54,659 bases of DNA from a virus (taxonomy: Duplodnaviria; Caudoviricetes): positions 1-54,659 of the IMG/VR virus record IMGVR_UViG_3300033997_000276. One strand, written 5' to 3'. Numbering within the stretch: the stretch's first letter is position 1; every line of letters begins with the position of its first letter. The notes beneath the pieces are model-generated. The model worked only from the letters and a program-made list of their open reading frames with translations. It was not told the origin of the DNA and searched no databases. The translations under genes and the position numbers were made by a program. Of the stretch, positions 37,641 to 47,050 are shown one piece after another.

Positions 37641-37708
37641 AAAGTTAGTTTTCTAACATTATCAACAAAAGGATTCTAATGTCAAACGAATGTAAGATAA
37701 CTAACAAC
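37641..37708. promoter_or_regulatory. OR operators and pR
   Basis: AAAGTTAG-TTTT-CTAACATT (37641..60) and AATGTAAG-ATAA-CTAACAAC (37689..708); TTGACA-16-GATAAT on the minus strand. Confidence 0.8.
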
Positions 37709-37735
37709 AAAGATTTTGCAGATGAGACTGTTGTT

Positions 37736-38461
37736 ATGAGTTATCAAACAGAACAAATTGGCGTGAGGATTCGACGCCGAAGAAAAGAGCTAAAACTCAC
37801 GCAAAAAAATATTGCTGATTCCCTGCAAATCACACCAAGTTCAATAACACAATGGGAACTAGGCATATCTGCGCCATCAGGTAAAAATCTGATTAATTTA
37901 GGTAAGATTCTTGACTGTGATCCTGAGTGGATTCTTAGTGGTGAAACAGAAAAAATTGAGGTCCGTGAATCAAATGCCGAGTGGCATGCTGGCTTTGAGC
38001 TATGGGATGGCGATACACCGCTAAGGGATGATGAAGTGGCACTACCGTTTTACCGTGAAGTGGAATTAGCCGCAGGCAGCGGATCAACATTTGTGCAAGA
38101 GAACGGCGGCTGCAAACTACGCTTTGCGAAATCCACCCTTAAAAAAAGCCGCGTAGAACCAAGCAATGCGGCCTGTGTAACCGTAAGCGGCAATAGCATG
38201 CTGCCAGTGCTGCGCCACGGAACTACCGTTGGTATCGATACCAGTAAAAAATCAATTATCGACGGTGAAATGTATGCCATAGATCACGATGGCATGTTAC
38301 GAGTAAAAATGCTCTATCGTACCCCAGGCGGCGGTATTCGTATCAAGAGCTATAACAACGATGAATTCCCCGATGAATTTATTGCGCCAGAAAAAGCCTC
38401 CGAGATCAAAATTATCGGCTGGGTGTTCTGGTGGTCAGTGCTAAACGTTTGGAATAATTAA
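37736..38461 (+). CDS. cI: CI repressor (HTH + S24 peptidase)
   Basis: RIRRRRKELKLTQ..ITQWELG; AAG cleavage region; GNSMLP and RVK catalytic residues. Confidence 0.93.
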   Translation: MSYQTEQIGVRIRRRRKELKLTQKNIADSLQITPSSITQWELGISAPSGKNLINLGKILDCDPEWILSGETEKIEVRESNAEWHAGFELWDGDTPLRDDEVALPFYREVELAAGSGSTFVQENGGCKLRFAKSTLKKSRVEPSNAACVTVSGNSMLPVLRHGTTVGIDTSKKSIIDGEMYAIDHDGMLRVKMLYRTPGGGIRIKSYNNDEFPDEFIAPEKASEIKIIGWVFWWSVLNVWNN

Positions 38462-38487
38462 TTTTTAAATAATGAAAGGGATTTTAA

Positions 38488-38919
38488 ATGTTTATAATTA
38501 GATTGTTATCTTTGATTTTACTAGCTGGCCTTAGTTTTGGTATGGGTCAAATACCTTCAAGCCAGCTAAATGAGTTTGGTCAATTGCTATCCGCATCTTT
38601 CATTTTGTTTGCGCCGTTACTTTACTTCTACCCAATGTATGAAGCCTACTTTCACAAACAACCTAACTTTTATTCAATATTTGCGTTAAACCTGTTTTTA
38701 GGCTGGACACTTGTAGGTTGGGTTGTGGCATTAGTCTGGGCGATAAAAAGTCACGAACCGATAAAAACGATTAACGTGGCAGCACAGGAACCTGCACCAA
38801 CACCAACATCAGTACAGCCCGTCACCGAAGCGCCAAAACAAATTAAACAATGCCCTTATTGTGCAGAAGATATATTGATGGCCGCCAAAAAATGCAAACA
38901 CTGTGGCAGCGACGTTTGA
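38488..38919 (+). CDS. Superinfection immunity (T4 Imm-like) membrane protein with C-terminal zinc ribbon
   Basis: YFYP..IFALNLFLGWTLVGWVVALVWA; CPYCAEDI..KCKHCGS. Confidence 0.82.
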   Translation: MFIIRLLSLILLAGLSFGMGQIPSSQLNEFGQLLSASFILFAPLLYFYPMYEAYFHKQPNFYSIFALNLFLGWTLVGWVVALVWAIKSHEPIKTINVAAQEPAPTPTSVQPVTEAPKQIKQCPYCAEDILMAAKKCKHCGSDV

Positions 38920-38937
38920 AACAAAAGGAATTATTAT

Positions 38938-39831
38938 ATGGATAAGCAAACCGCAGAGTTTTTAGCTAAATACCCCTACATACCGACAAAATTTATTGCA
39001 TTAGATGCCGAGACCACTGGGCTTGAGGCTGAAACGGACAAGATAATCGAGATTGCCGCAATCAAATTTGATCTCCTATCCAACGATCACCCTGTATTTG
39101 AGTCATTGATAAATCCTGCGGTAAAAGTGCCACGCAAAATAACCAATATCACAGGCATCACCAACAAGATGCTGGTAGACCAGCCGCCCTTTGCAGAGCT
39201 CGCGCAAGACTTAAAAGCCTTTATCGGTGATCTACCTATCGTGGCCTATAACGCCAAGTTTGATAAAGGCTTTTTAGATGCTGAGTTCGCTAATGTTGGC
39301 ATCGTGCTCAATAACCACTACCACTGTGCATTAAATCTGGCAAAAGCAGCATTCAGCTTACCTAACTACAAATTAGCTACGGTATCACAGCACTGTAATA
39401 TTCCGCTTGATGAAGCACACCGAGCCAAATCCGATGCAATTGCAGCTGGCCGAGTGTTTATGTGTGCAGCAGTCACCCTTGGTCACATTAACGAAATAAA
39501 ACCTAAATCGGCATTCGGTAAACCCAAAGGCGCGGATCACAAAGCTTACCCACCTAATGAAGATGGCGAACTATACGGCCAAACCATCGTCTTTACTGGC
39601 GAACTATCCATCAGCAGAGCAGAAGCCTTTGAAGCCGCCGCAGAACTCGGGCTAGAAATTAAAACAGGCGTATCTAAAAAGACCGATTACTTAGTCGTTG
39701 GTGAGCAGGATGAAAACTTAGTTGGACCAAGTGGCATATCTAGTAAGCAACTAAAGGCGCAAGATCTAATTGATGAAGGCTTTGATATACAGATTTTAGA
39801 TGAAGATGAATTTATGGATTTAATCTCATAA
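38938..39831 (+). CDS. DEDDh 3'-5' exonuclease with C-terminal BRCT domain
   Basis: ALDAETTG, AYNAKFD, AHRAKSDA; BRCT IVFTGEL..GVSKKTDYLVVG..ILDEDEF. Confidence 0.88.
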   Translation: MDKQTAEFLAKYPYIPTKFIALDAETTGLEAETDKIIEIAAIKFDLLSNDHPVFESLINPAVKVPRKITNITGITNKMLVDQPPFAELAQDLKAFIGDLPIVAYNAKFDKGFLDAEFANVGIVLNNHYHCALNLAKAAFSLPNYKLATVSQHCNIPLDEAHRAKSDAIAAGRVFMCAAVTLGHINEIKPKSAFGKPKGADHKAYPPNEDGELYGQTIVFTGELSISRAEAFEAAAELGLEIKTGVSKKTDYLVVGEQDENLVGPSGISSKQLKAQDLIDEGFDIQILDEDEFMDLIS

Positions 39832-39853
39832 CCTCAAGCAAATCTCAATCACC

Positions 39854-39879
39854 AAGCCACCTACTTAGGTGGCTTTTTT
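39854..39879 (+). terminator. Terminator of the cI operon
   Basis: AAGCCACCTA-CT-TAGGTGGCTT followed by a T run. Confidence 0.8.
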
Positions 39880-39915
39880 GTATCTGCAATTCACCAAGCT
39901 GAGCAAAAAATAAAT

Positions 39916-39970
39916 AATGTTAGATAACTAACTTTTTATGTTGACTTTAAAAAGTTAGCAAACTAACATT
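39916..39970 (+). promoter_or_regulatory. OL operators and pL
   Basis: AATGTTAG-ATAA-CTAACTTT (39916..35) and AAAGTTAG-CAAA-CTAACATT (39951..70) match the OR palindrome; TTGACT-17-TAACAT. Confidence 0.85.
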
Positions 39971-40009
39971 TGAGCATCGATTAGAACGGAAATGAAAAGA
40001 TTCTAATCA

Positions 40010-40021
40010 CGCTCTTTAACA
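40010..40021 (+). promoter_or_regulatory. boxA antitermination element
   Basis: CGCTCTTTAACA about 40 nt after the pL -10. Confidence 0.8.
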
Positions 40022-40079
40022 GACTGGCCCATGAACAACTAACCTTGGTCCCCTCGTATGTGAGGCTCCCAAGCTAGGT

Positions 40080-40425
40080 TACTCCGAGGATCACGCGGCG
40101 GAGGATAGTAATCCGCGTAAATAGACTTGTGCGCCTCTTGCGGCGACCGGGTATTAGCTCCCCCAGATAAGGGATAAAACTCTGGAACAACCAGCGGCTA
40201 ATAAGTGACGTGATCACGCCCTGCGAGCATGACCCGTTAAGCGCACAACCCCGCCCGTTCTGGCGGTGAGGTAAGAACACCATGCACCTGTTAAATCAGG
40301 TTGCATTGGGAAGGTGGCTGAATAGTAAGACTCGACTACCGATTGAGCCAACCGTGGCGCTATAGGCTCCACCCTTTCGGTAACTGGAAATGAGCGCCAG
40401 TCAGCCACCTTCACCAATGCGACTT
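40080..40425 (+). ncRNA. Candidate structured leader RNA
   Basis: Nested long-range complementarity (40127..34/40241..48, 40152..58/40197..203, 40300..21/40401..23); no credible + strand ORF. Confidence 0.45.
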
Positions 40426-40439
40426 ACAAGGAGAACGCC

Positions 40440-40685
40440 ATGCAAATCTATGGCAGAAGTTCATTAGAAATTGCCGAGGATAACCTGCTAGATCTGGTTA
40501 ATCCTGTCTTCAATATCAACCGTGGTGAAGCGCAAAGGCTATGCATTCACCGCCGAGAGCTAGGCGCTGAGTTTAGAAAAGCAGGCCAAACCATGCTAGA
40601 TGCCTGGGAAGGTACAAAGGATCAGATTGAAAGTGTTAATCAGCTTTTACTAGCAAAGAAATTAGCGATTTTAAAATCACGTTAA
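40440..40685 (+). CDS. Hypothetical protein, first gene of the early-left operon
   Basis: AAGGAG SD; no Arg-rich N-type motif. Confidence 0.65.
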   Translation: MQIYGRSSLEIAEDNLLDLVNPVFNINRGEAQRLCIHRRELGAEFRKAGQTMLDAWEGTKDQIESVNQLLLAKKLAILKSR

Positions 40686-41173
40686 TCACGCCAATGGCAC
40701 GGCAAAAGTAGCCAATCAATCAGAGGACAAGCCCATGTGACTAACTAGCCGTTAGAAGCGGCCACTTACAAGCGCAGGTTATGACAGCGCCCCGAGTCGA
40801 GCATAGTTCTCGAGCCAGCTTTGGATCTGGTTAGGGTTAATAAGCAAGGGCCCACTGGTAAAGCAGCACGAACGCCTGAAAGTCACGCACCAGTTATTAG
40901 CGGCAAGATTGCGGCAGAGGACGGGTTCAGGCCGCCGGATGACGTAACCGGCAACGTTTACACCGCAACTATCCGGAATTACCGGATAGTTGCCACCGTA
41001 AAACCGCAGGGAGCAATACTATGAAAGCCCAACAACCTGATTTTATCGACCTAGTGCTAATGCTATTAGCCAAGTTAATCCCCTTCGATTTGCTCTAAGC
41101 CGTACCAGCGCCAACAGCGCAGCACAAAACCAACCCATTCAAACAACCTAAACTAAACCATGCGAGGTGACCT

Positions 41174-41888
41174 ATGCCCCACCCAATCGCAGCGCATCAC
41201 AGCGCCCCACTGCTACCCGTAGAATCGCAACTGCTGTTACACCTCAGCATTGCTTGTCGCCTCGCCCAATTGCCAGACCTAATGCATTGCCCAACGGTGA
41301 TCCAGCGTAAAAACGAACTCGAGGCCTACTTGCAAAGCCATGTTTGCAGCTATGCCTTCCGCGAGCGATTCCACGTCACCAAATTGGATGACGGCCCGTT
41401 AAAAACCACCGCATTAAACGAAGTGGCCAACATCCAAGTCAGCCGCAGCGGTCGCGTAAAACTCACCCGCATCGCCGAGCCACCAGCAATCAATATCACG
41501 GTAAGCGATAGAACCATCAGCTGGCTCAACCGCAGCGCTCATCACACAAGCCATCACGCAAACCAGCCAATAATTAAGGCAGATAGCCATGTTTGATGCA
41601 CAAGCCCATGCCACCAGCGACGCCCTAGTCGCCATGCTTGCAAGTGAACTGGAGCAAGAACGGCAAGCCAAAGGCAACGCCATGGCCGCTTACTGTGACC
41701 GCTCAATTGCCGAATTAAACCAGCTGATTATCGACTATCCAGAATCGAAGAATGTTTGGTTGCGTCATATCGAAAGCTGGCAGCAGATCAAGCAAAAACA
41801 CGGCTACAGCAGCGCTCAAGATCTGCTTGACGATCAATATGCACAACTCGCCAGCTACCTCAGCCAAACACACAAGTTGAACGTGTAA
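41174..41888 (+). CDS. Two hypothetical proteins (41174..41596 and 41589..41888)
   Basis: GAGGTG SD; overlapping stop/start. Confidence 0.55.
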
Positions 41889-41950
41889 GTAATCGTTACA
41901 CGTTACACGTTCAACGCCAATCGTCTTACATCATCCAGTGAGTAATCACC

Positions 41951-42682
41951 ATGAAAACCAAATTAAACATTCAATACCTGCCAATGCTGGCAGCGTTCGC
42001 CGCAAAAAATGATGTTCGTTACTACCTAAACGGCTTTCACGTAAAACCCCATCCTGAAAAAGGCGTAATCCTCACCGCCACCGACGGACATTGCCTAGTC
42101 ACAATTCACGACGAGGACGGCTTTAGCGATGGCGACTACATTTACCCAATCAGCAAAGAGTTGCTAAAAGCCGCCAACAAAAAAGCATTACCGTCTATTC
42201 AAAACATCTTTATCAACGATGGCGTAGCCATGCTCACATCGATTTACGACATCCTTGATACCTTCACCACCTTTGAAGCGTTGGACACTCAGGAACGTAA
42301 GCTTATTACTCACATTGAGTTTATTAACCCAATCGATGGGCCATACCCAGATGCAGGCAAAGTATTTAAGTCGCTGTTAAGTGATGAAAATAAAACGCCA
42401 GTATCAACATTTGGCATGAATGTTGAGCTTCTAGGCCGACTTAAAAATTTAAAAGTTAGCATTAAAAAAGGCGCCGTTTTACGCATTTATGAAGGGCAGG
42501 CGCTTACCGCTGTAATGGGCTTAAAAAACGAAATCGTCGCCGCAATCATGCCCATGACCATGGGAGAAAATGAGCGAGCACTCCCAGGCGACTTTATTCA
42601 CATTGCTGGACGCCAAAAAGCACTGCATACCTCAGCCACTCAAACCACCTCACCCGAGCCTGAACAGTCAAGCGCAGCTTGA
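41951..42682 (+). CDS. DNA polymerase III beta-clamp-like protein
   Basis: AAKNDVRYYLNGFHV..TATDGHCLV, IDGPYPD, AIMPM. Confidence 0.7.
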   Translation: MKTKLNIQYLPMLAAFAAKNDVRYYLNGFHVKPHPEKGVILTATDGHCLVTIHDEDGFSDGDYIYPISKELLKAANKKALPSIQNIFINDGVAMLTSIYDILDTFTTFEALDTQERKLITHIEFINPIDGPYPDAGKVFKSLLSDENKTPVSTFGMNVELLGRLKNLKVSIKKGAVLRIYEGQALTAVMGLKNEIVAAIMPMTMGENERALPGDFIHIAGRQKALHTSATQTTSPEPEQSSAA

Positions 42683-42718
42683 TAGTTGCCACCATTCACG
42701 AAAGAAGGAATAGCAATC

Positions 42719-43345
42719 ATGAACACTAAACCGCTCAAAGCATACGAAGTCCGCGAAGGATTTGAAGGTTACAGCAGCATCGTATTTGCAACTAACTCAG
42801 CAACTGCTCGCAGAGAAGGTGCGGCTGAATTAGGTATTGATTGGGAAGATGTTGATTTTTGTCGTCGCTTGCCATGGGCCGACGAATACGCTGGCGTTAA
42901 AGGTGGAGTCCCACCACTGGTTTGTATTGAGCACGGTTGGTCGTTTAGGTGCATGCATTGCAATTGCAAAATCGACTGTGATCTTGAAGGTGAAGATGAA
43001 CAAGGCAACTACATCAAATTAGAGCCTGTAGAAGATGGTAGCGCAATTTTCTGCTCACAATCCTGTAAAGACGAACTCGACAACGAAAAAGCTAACAGAA
43101 ATTTAGCTTTCGAGGCATTCAAAAAGTCAGTCCAAGAAAAACGTCCTGACCTTACATTTACTGAATTCACTGGCGGATGGCCTTTGATAACCATGGAAGG
43201 AAGGTTCACCTTCACTGGTTCAAAGTACGGCGGCAGCGCAAGAGACCAACAAGGTAACGGCTATATCCAATGGTTTATTGCCAACGGTGATAAAGCCGCT
43301 TGGGACGAATACGAAGCCAAACGTGAAGGCGGTGCAGCATGCTAA
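42719..43345 (+). CDS. Hypothetical Zn-binding phage protein
   Basis: IVFATNSATARREGA..CRRLPWADEY..GWSFRCMHC..FCSQSC. Confidence 0.6.
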   Translation: MNTKPLKAYEVREGFEGYSSIVFATNSATARREGAAELGIDWEDVDFCRRLPWADEYAGVKGGVPPLVCIEHGWSFRCMHCNCKIDCDLEGEDEQGNYIKLEPVEDGSAIFCSQSCKDELDNEKANRNLAFEAFKKSVQEKRPDLTFTEFTGGWPLITMEGRFTFTGSKYGGSARDQQGNGYIQWFIANGDKAAWDEYEAKREGGAAC

Positions 43346-43503
43346 CCCACGACAAACCCCAAAACAGCGATATCAAAATCGGCCTCGGCCATATCGTTGC
43401 AGACAAAGATGGTTGGATGTTGCCAGGTGGCAAGTTAACCACCAATCGCGCCGTTGCCATCCGTGCAGCAAAAGGCCTGCACCGTTTCTTGGTTAAAAGA
43501 TAA
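43339..43503 (+). CDS. Small DUF1317-like protein (54 aa)
   Basis: MLTHDKPQNSDIKIGLGHIVADKDGWMLPGG..; too short for the ORF track. Confidence 0.5.
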   Translation: MLTHDKPQNSDIKIGLGHIVADKDGWMLPGGKLTTNRAVAIRAAKGLHRFLVKR

Positions 43504-43512
43504 GGACGTCAC

Positions 43513-44081
43513 ATGAGCCAACAACTCACACCAAAGCAAATCGCGGCAAGGGCTTACTACCAAGCGCATAAGGAAAGTATCAAAGCGCAAAAACGGGCTC
43601 AATACGAAACTAAGGCGCGAAAGCCAAAAGTGATGAAGGTCGTTAACTCATCGACTTCTCAACCTCCAACTGCTGCACCTAAAGCTAAAACAGTCCGATT
43701 CCGAGAGGAAAATGAGCCAGTCATCCAGTCAATTAGGATATCGACCGAGGATAAAGTGCGCTTAGCTAAACGCCGCCGCATTGAGGACATAAAACTCGCC
43801 AAAGAGCTGGGCCTAAGTATGGAGGATTTTGAAGCATGCTAACCATAACCCCTCCAGATTTTTCAGAAATCGAACTGGTATCTGGCTATCAAGTCACCTG
43901 TAACAGCTGCACCGATACGTTGTTTATTCAACGCAAGCACCGCAGTGTGATCACCAGCGTCAGCGAAGGCCTAAGCCGCTCAGGTTGGCAAAAGGCAGTT
44001 AACGACAATGAGTACTTTGTCTGCATCTGCCCCAAATGCGTGAAAGAACTGCAAGAAAACGAACTAGAAGGAGCCGAATAA
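43513..44081 (+). CDS. Two hypothetical proteins (43513..43842 basic; 43836..44081 with CxxC pairs)
   Basis: SD sites and overlaps. Confidence 0.55.
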
Positions 44082-45142
44082 TGGAAATGTGCTACTCAAT
44101 GCCAGCAGTAATGGGCATGCAAGGCGGTAAGGTGCTTTACACCGTGAGCATGTCAATGCTTGTCCTTGTGCGCATGTTACGTATTGACGATGCTGGCAGC
44201 GTGCTCGAACGCAGCCAACGCAAAGTCAATCCTGCTCGTGCAAAATCCATCAGCAATTACATGCTCAATAACCCAAAAGGCTACTTCTTGCCGGGCATTA
44301 TCGGCGTGGTAGAAGTGCCAACAGGCGGCCAAGCGCCTAAGTTTGAAGCATCCGAAGTTAGCGGCAGCGTGGGTGTGTTAAAAGTCGGCATGGATTCGAT
44401 AATCAAGCTGTTCGACGGCCAGCACCGCGCCACGGGTATCGCCAAGGCGCTCGAAAAATCCCCAGAGCTGTCGCAAGACACTATCTCTATCACCCTGTAC
44501 ACCAGCTTATCGCTGCAAGAACGCCAGCAAGCGTTTACCGATATCAACCAAAACGCCAGCAAGCCGCCTCAAGGTTTGTCAGATACCTACAACCACCGCG
44601 ATGAGCTATCCACGCTCACCATGGAGTTAGTTAAAAATATCGACTGGATGCAAGGCCGCGTGGATTTTGCCACCAACAAACCCGCAGCACAGAGCGAGTT
44701 CTATTGGTCCTTTAAACAAATCAAAGACGCCACGGCCATCGTGCTCGGTACCAAGAAAAACTTTGAGCCCTACCACGCCACCATTGCTTATGACTTTTGG
44801 AGCACCATGGGTACCGCCATGGAGTTGCAATCCCTCGGCAGCAAACACCGCGAAAACAGCTTATTTACCACAACGGTAATGCTTAAAGCACTGGCGAGCG
44901 CCGCAAACGAGGCTGAATCCATCGGCCAGCGACACTGGCGCCACGCTTATCAAAATTTGGTTTGGAGTCGCACCAGCCAAGACTTCACTGGCCGCTGCAT
45001 ATGCCCAAAAACAGGCAAGCTACTAGCCAACGCTGATGCAGTAATGCTGGCCTCAAACCTCATCCTTAAAACCATGGGGCAAGCGCTCAACACCACACGC
45101 GCCAGCGTTGAAATAACCTACTTCCCAGAGGTGGCAGCATGA
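44081..45142 (+). CDS. DGQHR-domain (DndB-like) protein
   Basis: PAVMGMQGG, RSQRKVNPARAKSISNY, LFDGQHRA, QQAFTDIN. Confidence 0.85.
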   Translation: MEMCYSMPAVMGMQGGKVLYTVSMSMLVLVRMLRIDDAGSVLERSQRKVNPARAKSISNYMLNNPKGYFLPGIIGVVEVPTGGQAPKFEASEVSGSVGVLKVGMDSIIKLFDGQHRATGIAKALEKSPELSQDTISITLYTSLSLQERQQAFTDINQNASKPPQGLSDTYNHRDELSTLTMELVKNIDWMQGRVDFATNKPAAQSEFYWSFKQIKDATAIVLGTKKNFEPYHATIAYDFWSTMGTAMELQSLGSKHRENSLFTTTVMLKALASAANEAESIGQRHWRHAYQNLVWSRTSQDFTGRCICPKTGKLLANADAVMLASNLILKTMGQALNTTRASVEITYFPEVAA

Positions 45143-45792
45143 AACAGCGCCTTATTATCTTCAACACCGAAATGGTGCGCGCCATTCTAGACGGGCGCAA
45201 AACGCAAACGCGCAGGCCCATGAATCCACAGCCTCATAAAGAATGGCAACCGCTCTCTGCAAAAGCGGAATGGTACACACCAACAGTAATTGATAAGAAA
45301 GGATTTTATCAGCCTGCCAAAAATGATGTTTTTGGTGTTAGTGATGAAGACCAAGGGTTTATATCTCCTTTTGGCTCTATCGGCGATCAGCTTTATGTCC
45401 GCGAAACATGGCGAAAATTTAATTCTTCTGATGAATGTGGGTGCAGTGAATCACCTTGCTCATGCCCTTCTAATGGCACCGTGTTATTCAAAGCGTCACA
45501 TGATAGCGGTGAAAGCAAATGGAAACCATCTATCCATATGCCACGTTGGGCTGCTCGCATCATCTTAGAAGTAACCGATGTTCGTGTAGAGCGGGTACAA
45601 AACATAAGCGAGCGTGACGCGTGGGCAGAAGGGTTTGACGGTTACGACGATGATGTGACTGGTGGTAAAAACGGTTACTCAGAGTTTTGCGAAGCTTGGC
45701 AATCAATCTATGGCGATGAATCTTGGCAATCAAATCCTTGGGTTTGGGTAATTGATTTCAAGGTGATCAGCACCACAGGCGGTGCAGCATGA
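45139..45792 (+). CDS. ASCH/PUA-like phage protein
   Basis: IFNTEMVRAILDGRKTQTRR..GDQLYVRETW..WKPSIHMPRWA..NPWVWVIDF. Confidence 0.75.
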   Translation: MKQRLIIFNTEMVRAILDGRKTQTRRPMNPQPHKEWQPLSAKAEWYTPTVIDKKGFYQPAKNDVFGVSDEDQGFISPFGSIGDQLYVRETWRKFNSSDECGCSESPCSCPSNGTVLFKASHDSGESKWKPSIHMPRWAARIILEVTDVRVERVQNISERDAWAEGFDGYDDDVTGGKNGYSEFCEAWQSIYGDESWQSNPWVWVIDFKVISTTGGAA

Positions 45793-46136
45793 ATCTGTTA
45801 ATCCCTGGCTTTGAATCGCCAAAGCGCATCGAGCTGATGCTGTCACTGACCAAAATCAACTCAGAAAACCTAATCAAAGCATTGATGCTGCATTACACCG
45901 TTACCTACCTTGAGAGCGCCCCATGGCGAGCAGCAATAAGGCACGATGTTCAGCTCTCTAACTTTGTGCGCGGCCAAGAACGCCTCGAAGAAGTAGCGGC
46001 AATTGTCGAGAAAATCAAAGAACTCGACTGGGAAAAGCATCTTGCCAAGTTAGCCGCAGCCAACGCGCGGATCGCCGAGCTAGAAACCCAATTAGCCAAT
46101 TATCAGTTAACTGATTCAAAGGAGCATGCTGCATGA
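45789..46136 (+). CDS. PapB/FocB-like transcription regulator
   Basis: LLIPGFESPKRIELMLSLTKINSENLIKALMLHY..HDVQLSNF. Confidence 0.55.
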   Translation: MNLLIPGFESPKRIELMLSLTKINSENLIKALMLHYTVTYLESAPWRAAIRHDVQLSNFVRGQERLEEVAAIVEKIKELDWEKHLAKLAAANARIAELETQLANYQLTDSKEHAA

Positions 46137-47050
46137 GCAAAAAATATCAGCTGATTTACGCGGATCCGCCATGGGCCTTTAGCAACCAAAACACGGGCGG
46201 CTCGATGAAATCCAGCGCCCAAGCAAAGTACACCGTCACTAGCACAGAGGACTTAAAACGCCTCGATGTGGGCAGCATTGCCGATGACAACTGTGTGCTG
46301 GTGATGTGGTATGTGGGCGCCATGCCGCAGGATGCCATTGATCTGGTTAAAAGCTGGGGCTTCACCCTTAAAAACATGAATGGCTTTGTCTGGAACAAGC
46401 TAACAGTCAATAACAATCCATTTTTTGGCATGGGCTTTTGGACCCGCGCAGGTAGCGAGTCGGCCATTATCGCCATCAAAGGCAAACCAACACCAGCTTG
46501 CCGCAGCGTTCGCGCCGTGGGCAATTTCGACCCACAAAGCCTTGATGAAGTACTCGCTCACCTCTGCTACGTGGGCACCTATCAAAACATTCGCCACAGC
46601 CAAAAGCCCGATGAGTTTCGCGATAAATGCGTCGAACTCATGGGTGACGTTCCGCGCCTTGAAATGTTCGCCAGAACCAAAACCAAAGGTTGGGATGTGT
46701 TTGGGAATGAAACCGTTGATTCAATCGATATTCCTATTAAATCAGCTGATCAGGTTGACACAATTAAACACAAACAGACTAGAAAGAAACGAAATCAAGC
46801 TAAACAGCTTGATATCGAAGATCAAATCGCGCGGGACAGCACTGCAACAAACAGCGTATGGCCGATTGAAGTGATGAACATTGCCAAAGAAGTTTTCGAG
46901 CTTTGCGGCATAAAGGAAACCACTGAAATCCAGTTTCAAGAACTGTGTGAAGAAGCCAATCGACAGCGGTTAGAAGGTTATCCAACCGACTCAATCATTG
47001 ATGACTTAGTTATGAACATGCCAACGGAGAAAAAACCATGCGCGGCTTAA
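46133..47050 (+). CDS. MT-A70 family adenine methyltransferase
   Basis: YQLIYADPPW, GMGFWTRAGSE, HSQKPDE, RLEMFAR..GWDVFGNE. Confidence 0.9.
   Translation: MSKKYQLIYADPPWAFSNQNTGGSMKSSAQAKYTVTSTEDLKRLDVGSIADDNCVLVMWYVGAMPQDAIDLVKSWGFTLKNMNGFVWNKLTVNNNPFFGMGFWTRAGSESAIIAIKGKPTPACRSVRAVGNFDPQSLDEVLAHLCYVGTYQNIRHSQKPDEFRDKCVELMGDVPRLEMFARTKTKGWDVFGNETVDSIDIPIKSADQVDTIKHKQTRKKRNQAKQLDIEDQIARDSTATNSVWPIEVMNIAKEVFELCGIKETTEIQFQELCEEANRQRLEGYPTDSIIDDLVMNMPTEKKPCAA

Noticed and set aside
40308-40416. tRNA gene
   Set aside because: A terminal stem and ACCA are present, but there is no TTC T-loop or canonical cloverleaf; kept only as a structured RNA candidate
40740-40800. Twister or hammerhead ribozyme
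   Set aside because: Only short motif fragments such as TTACAAGC; the required stems and core could not be built
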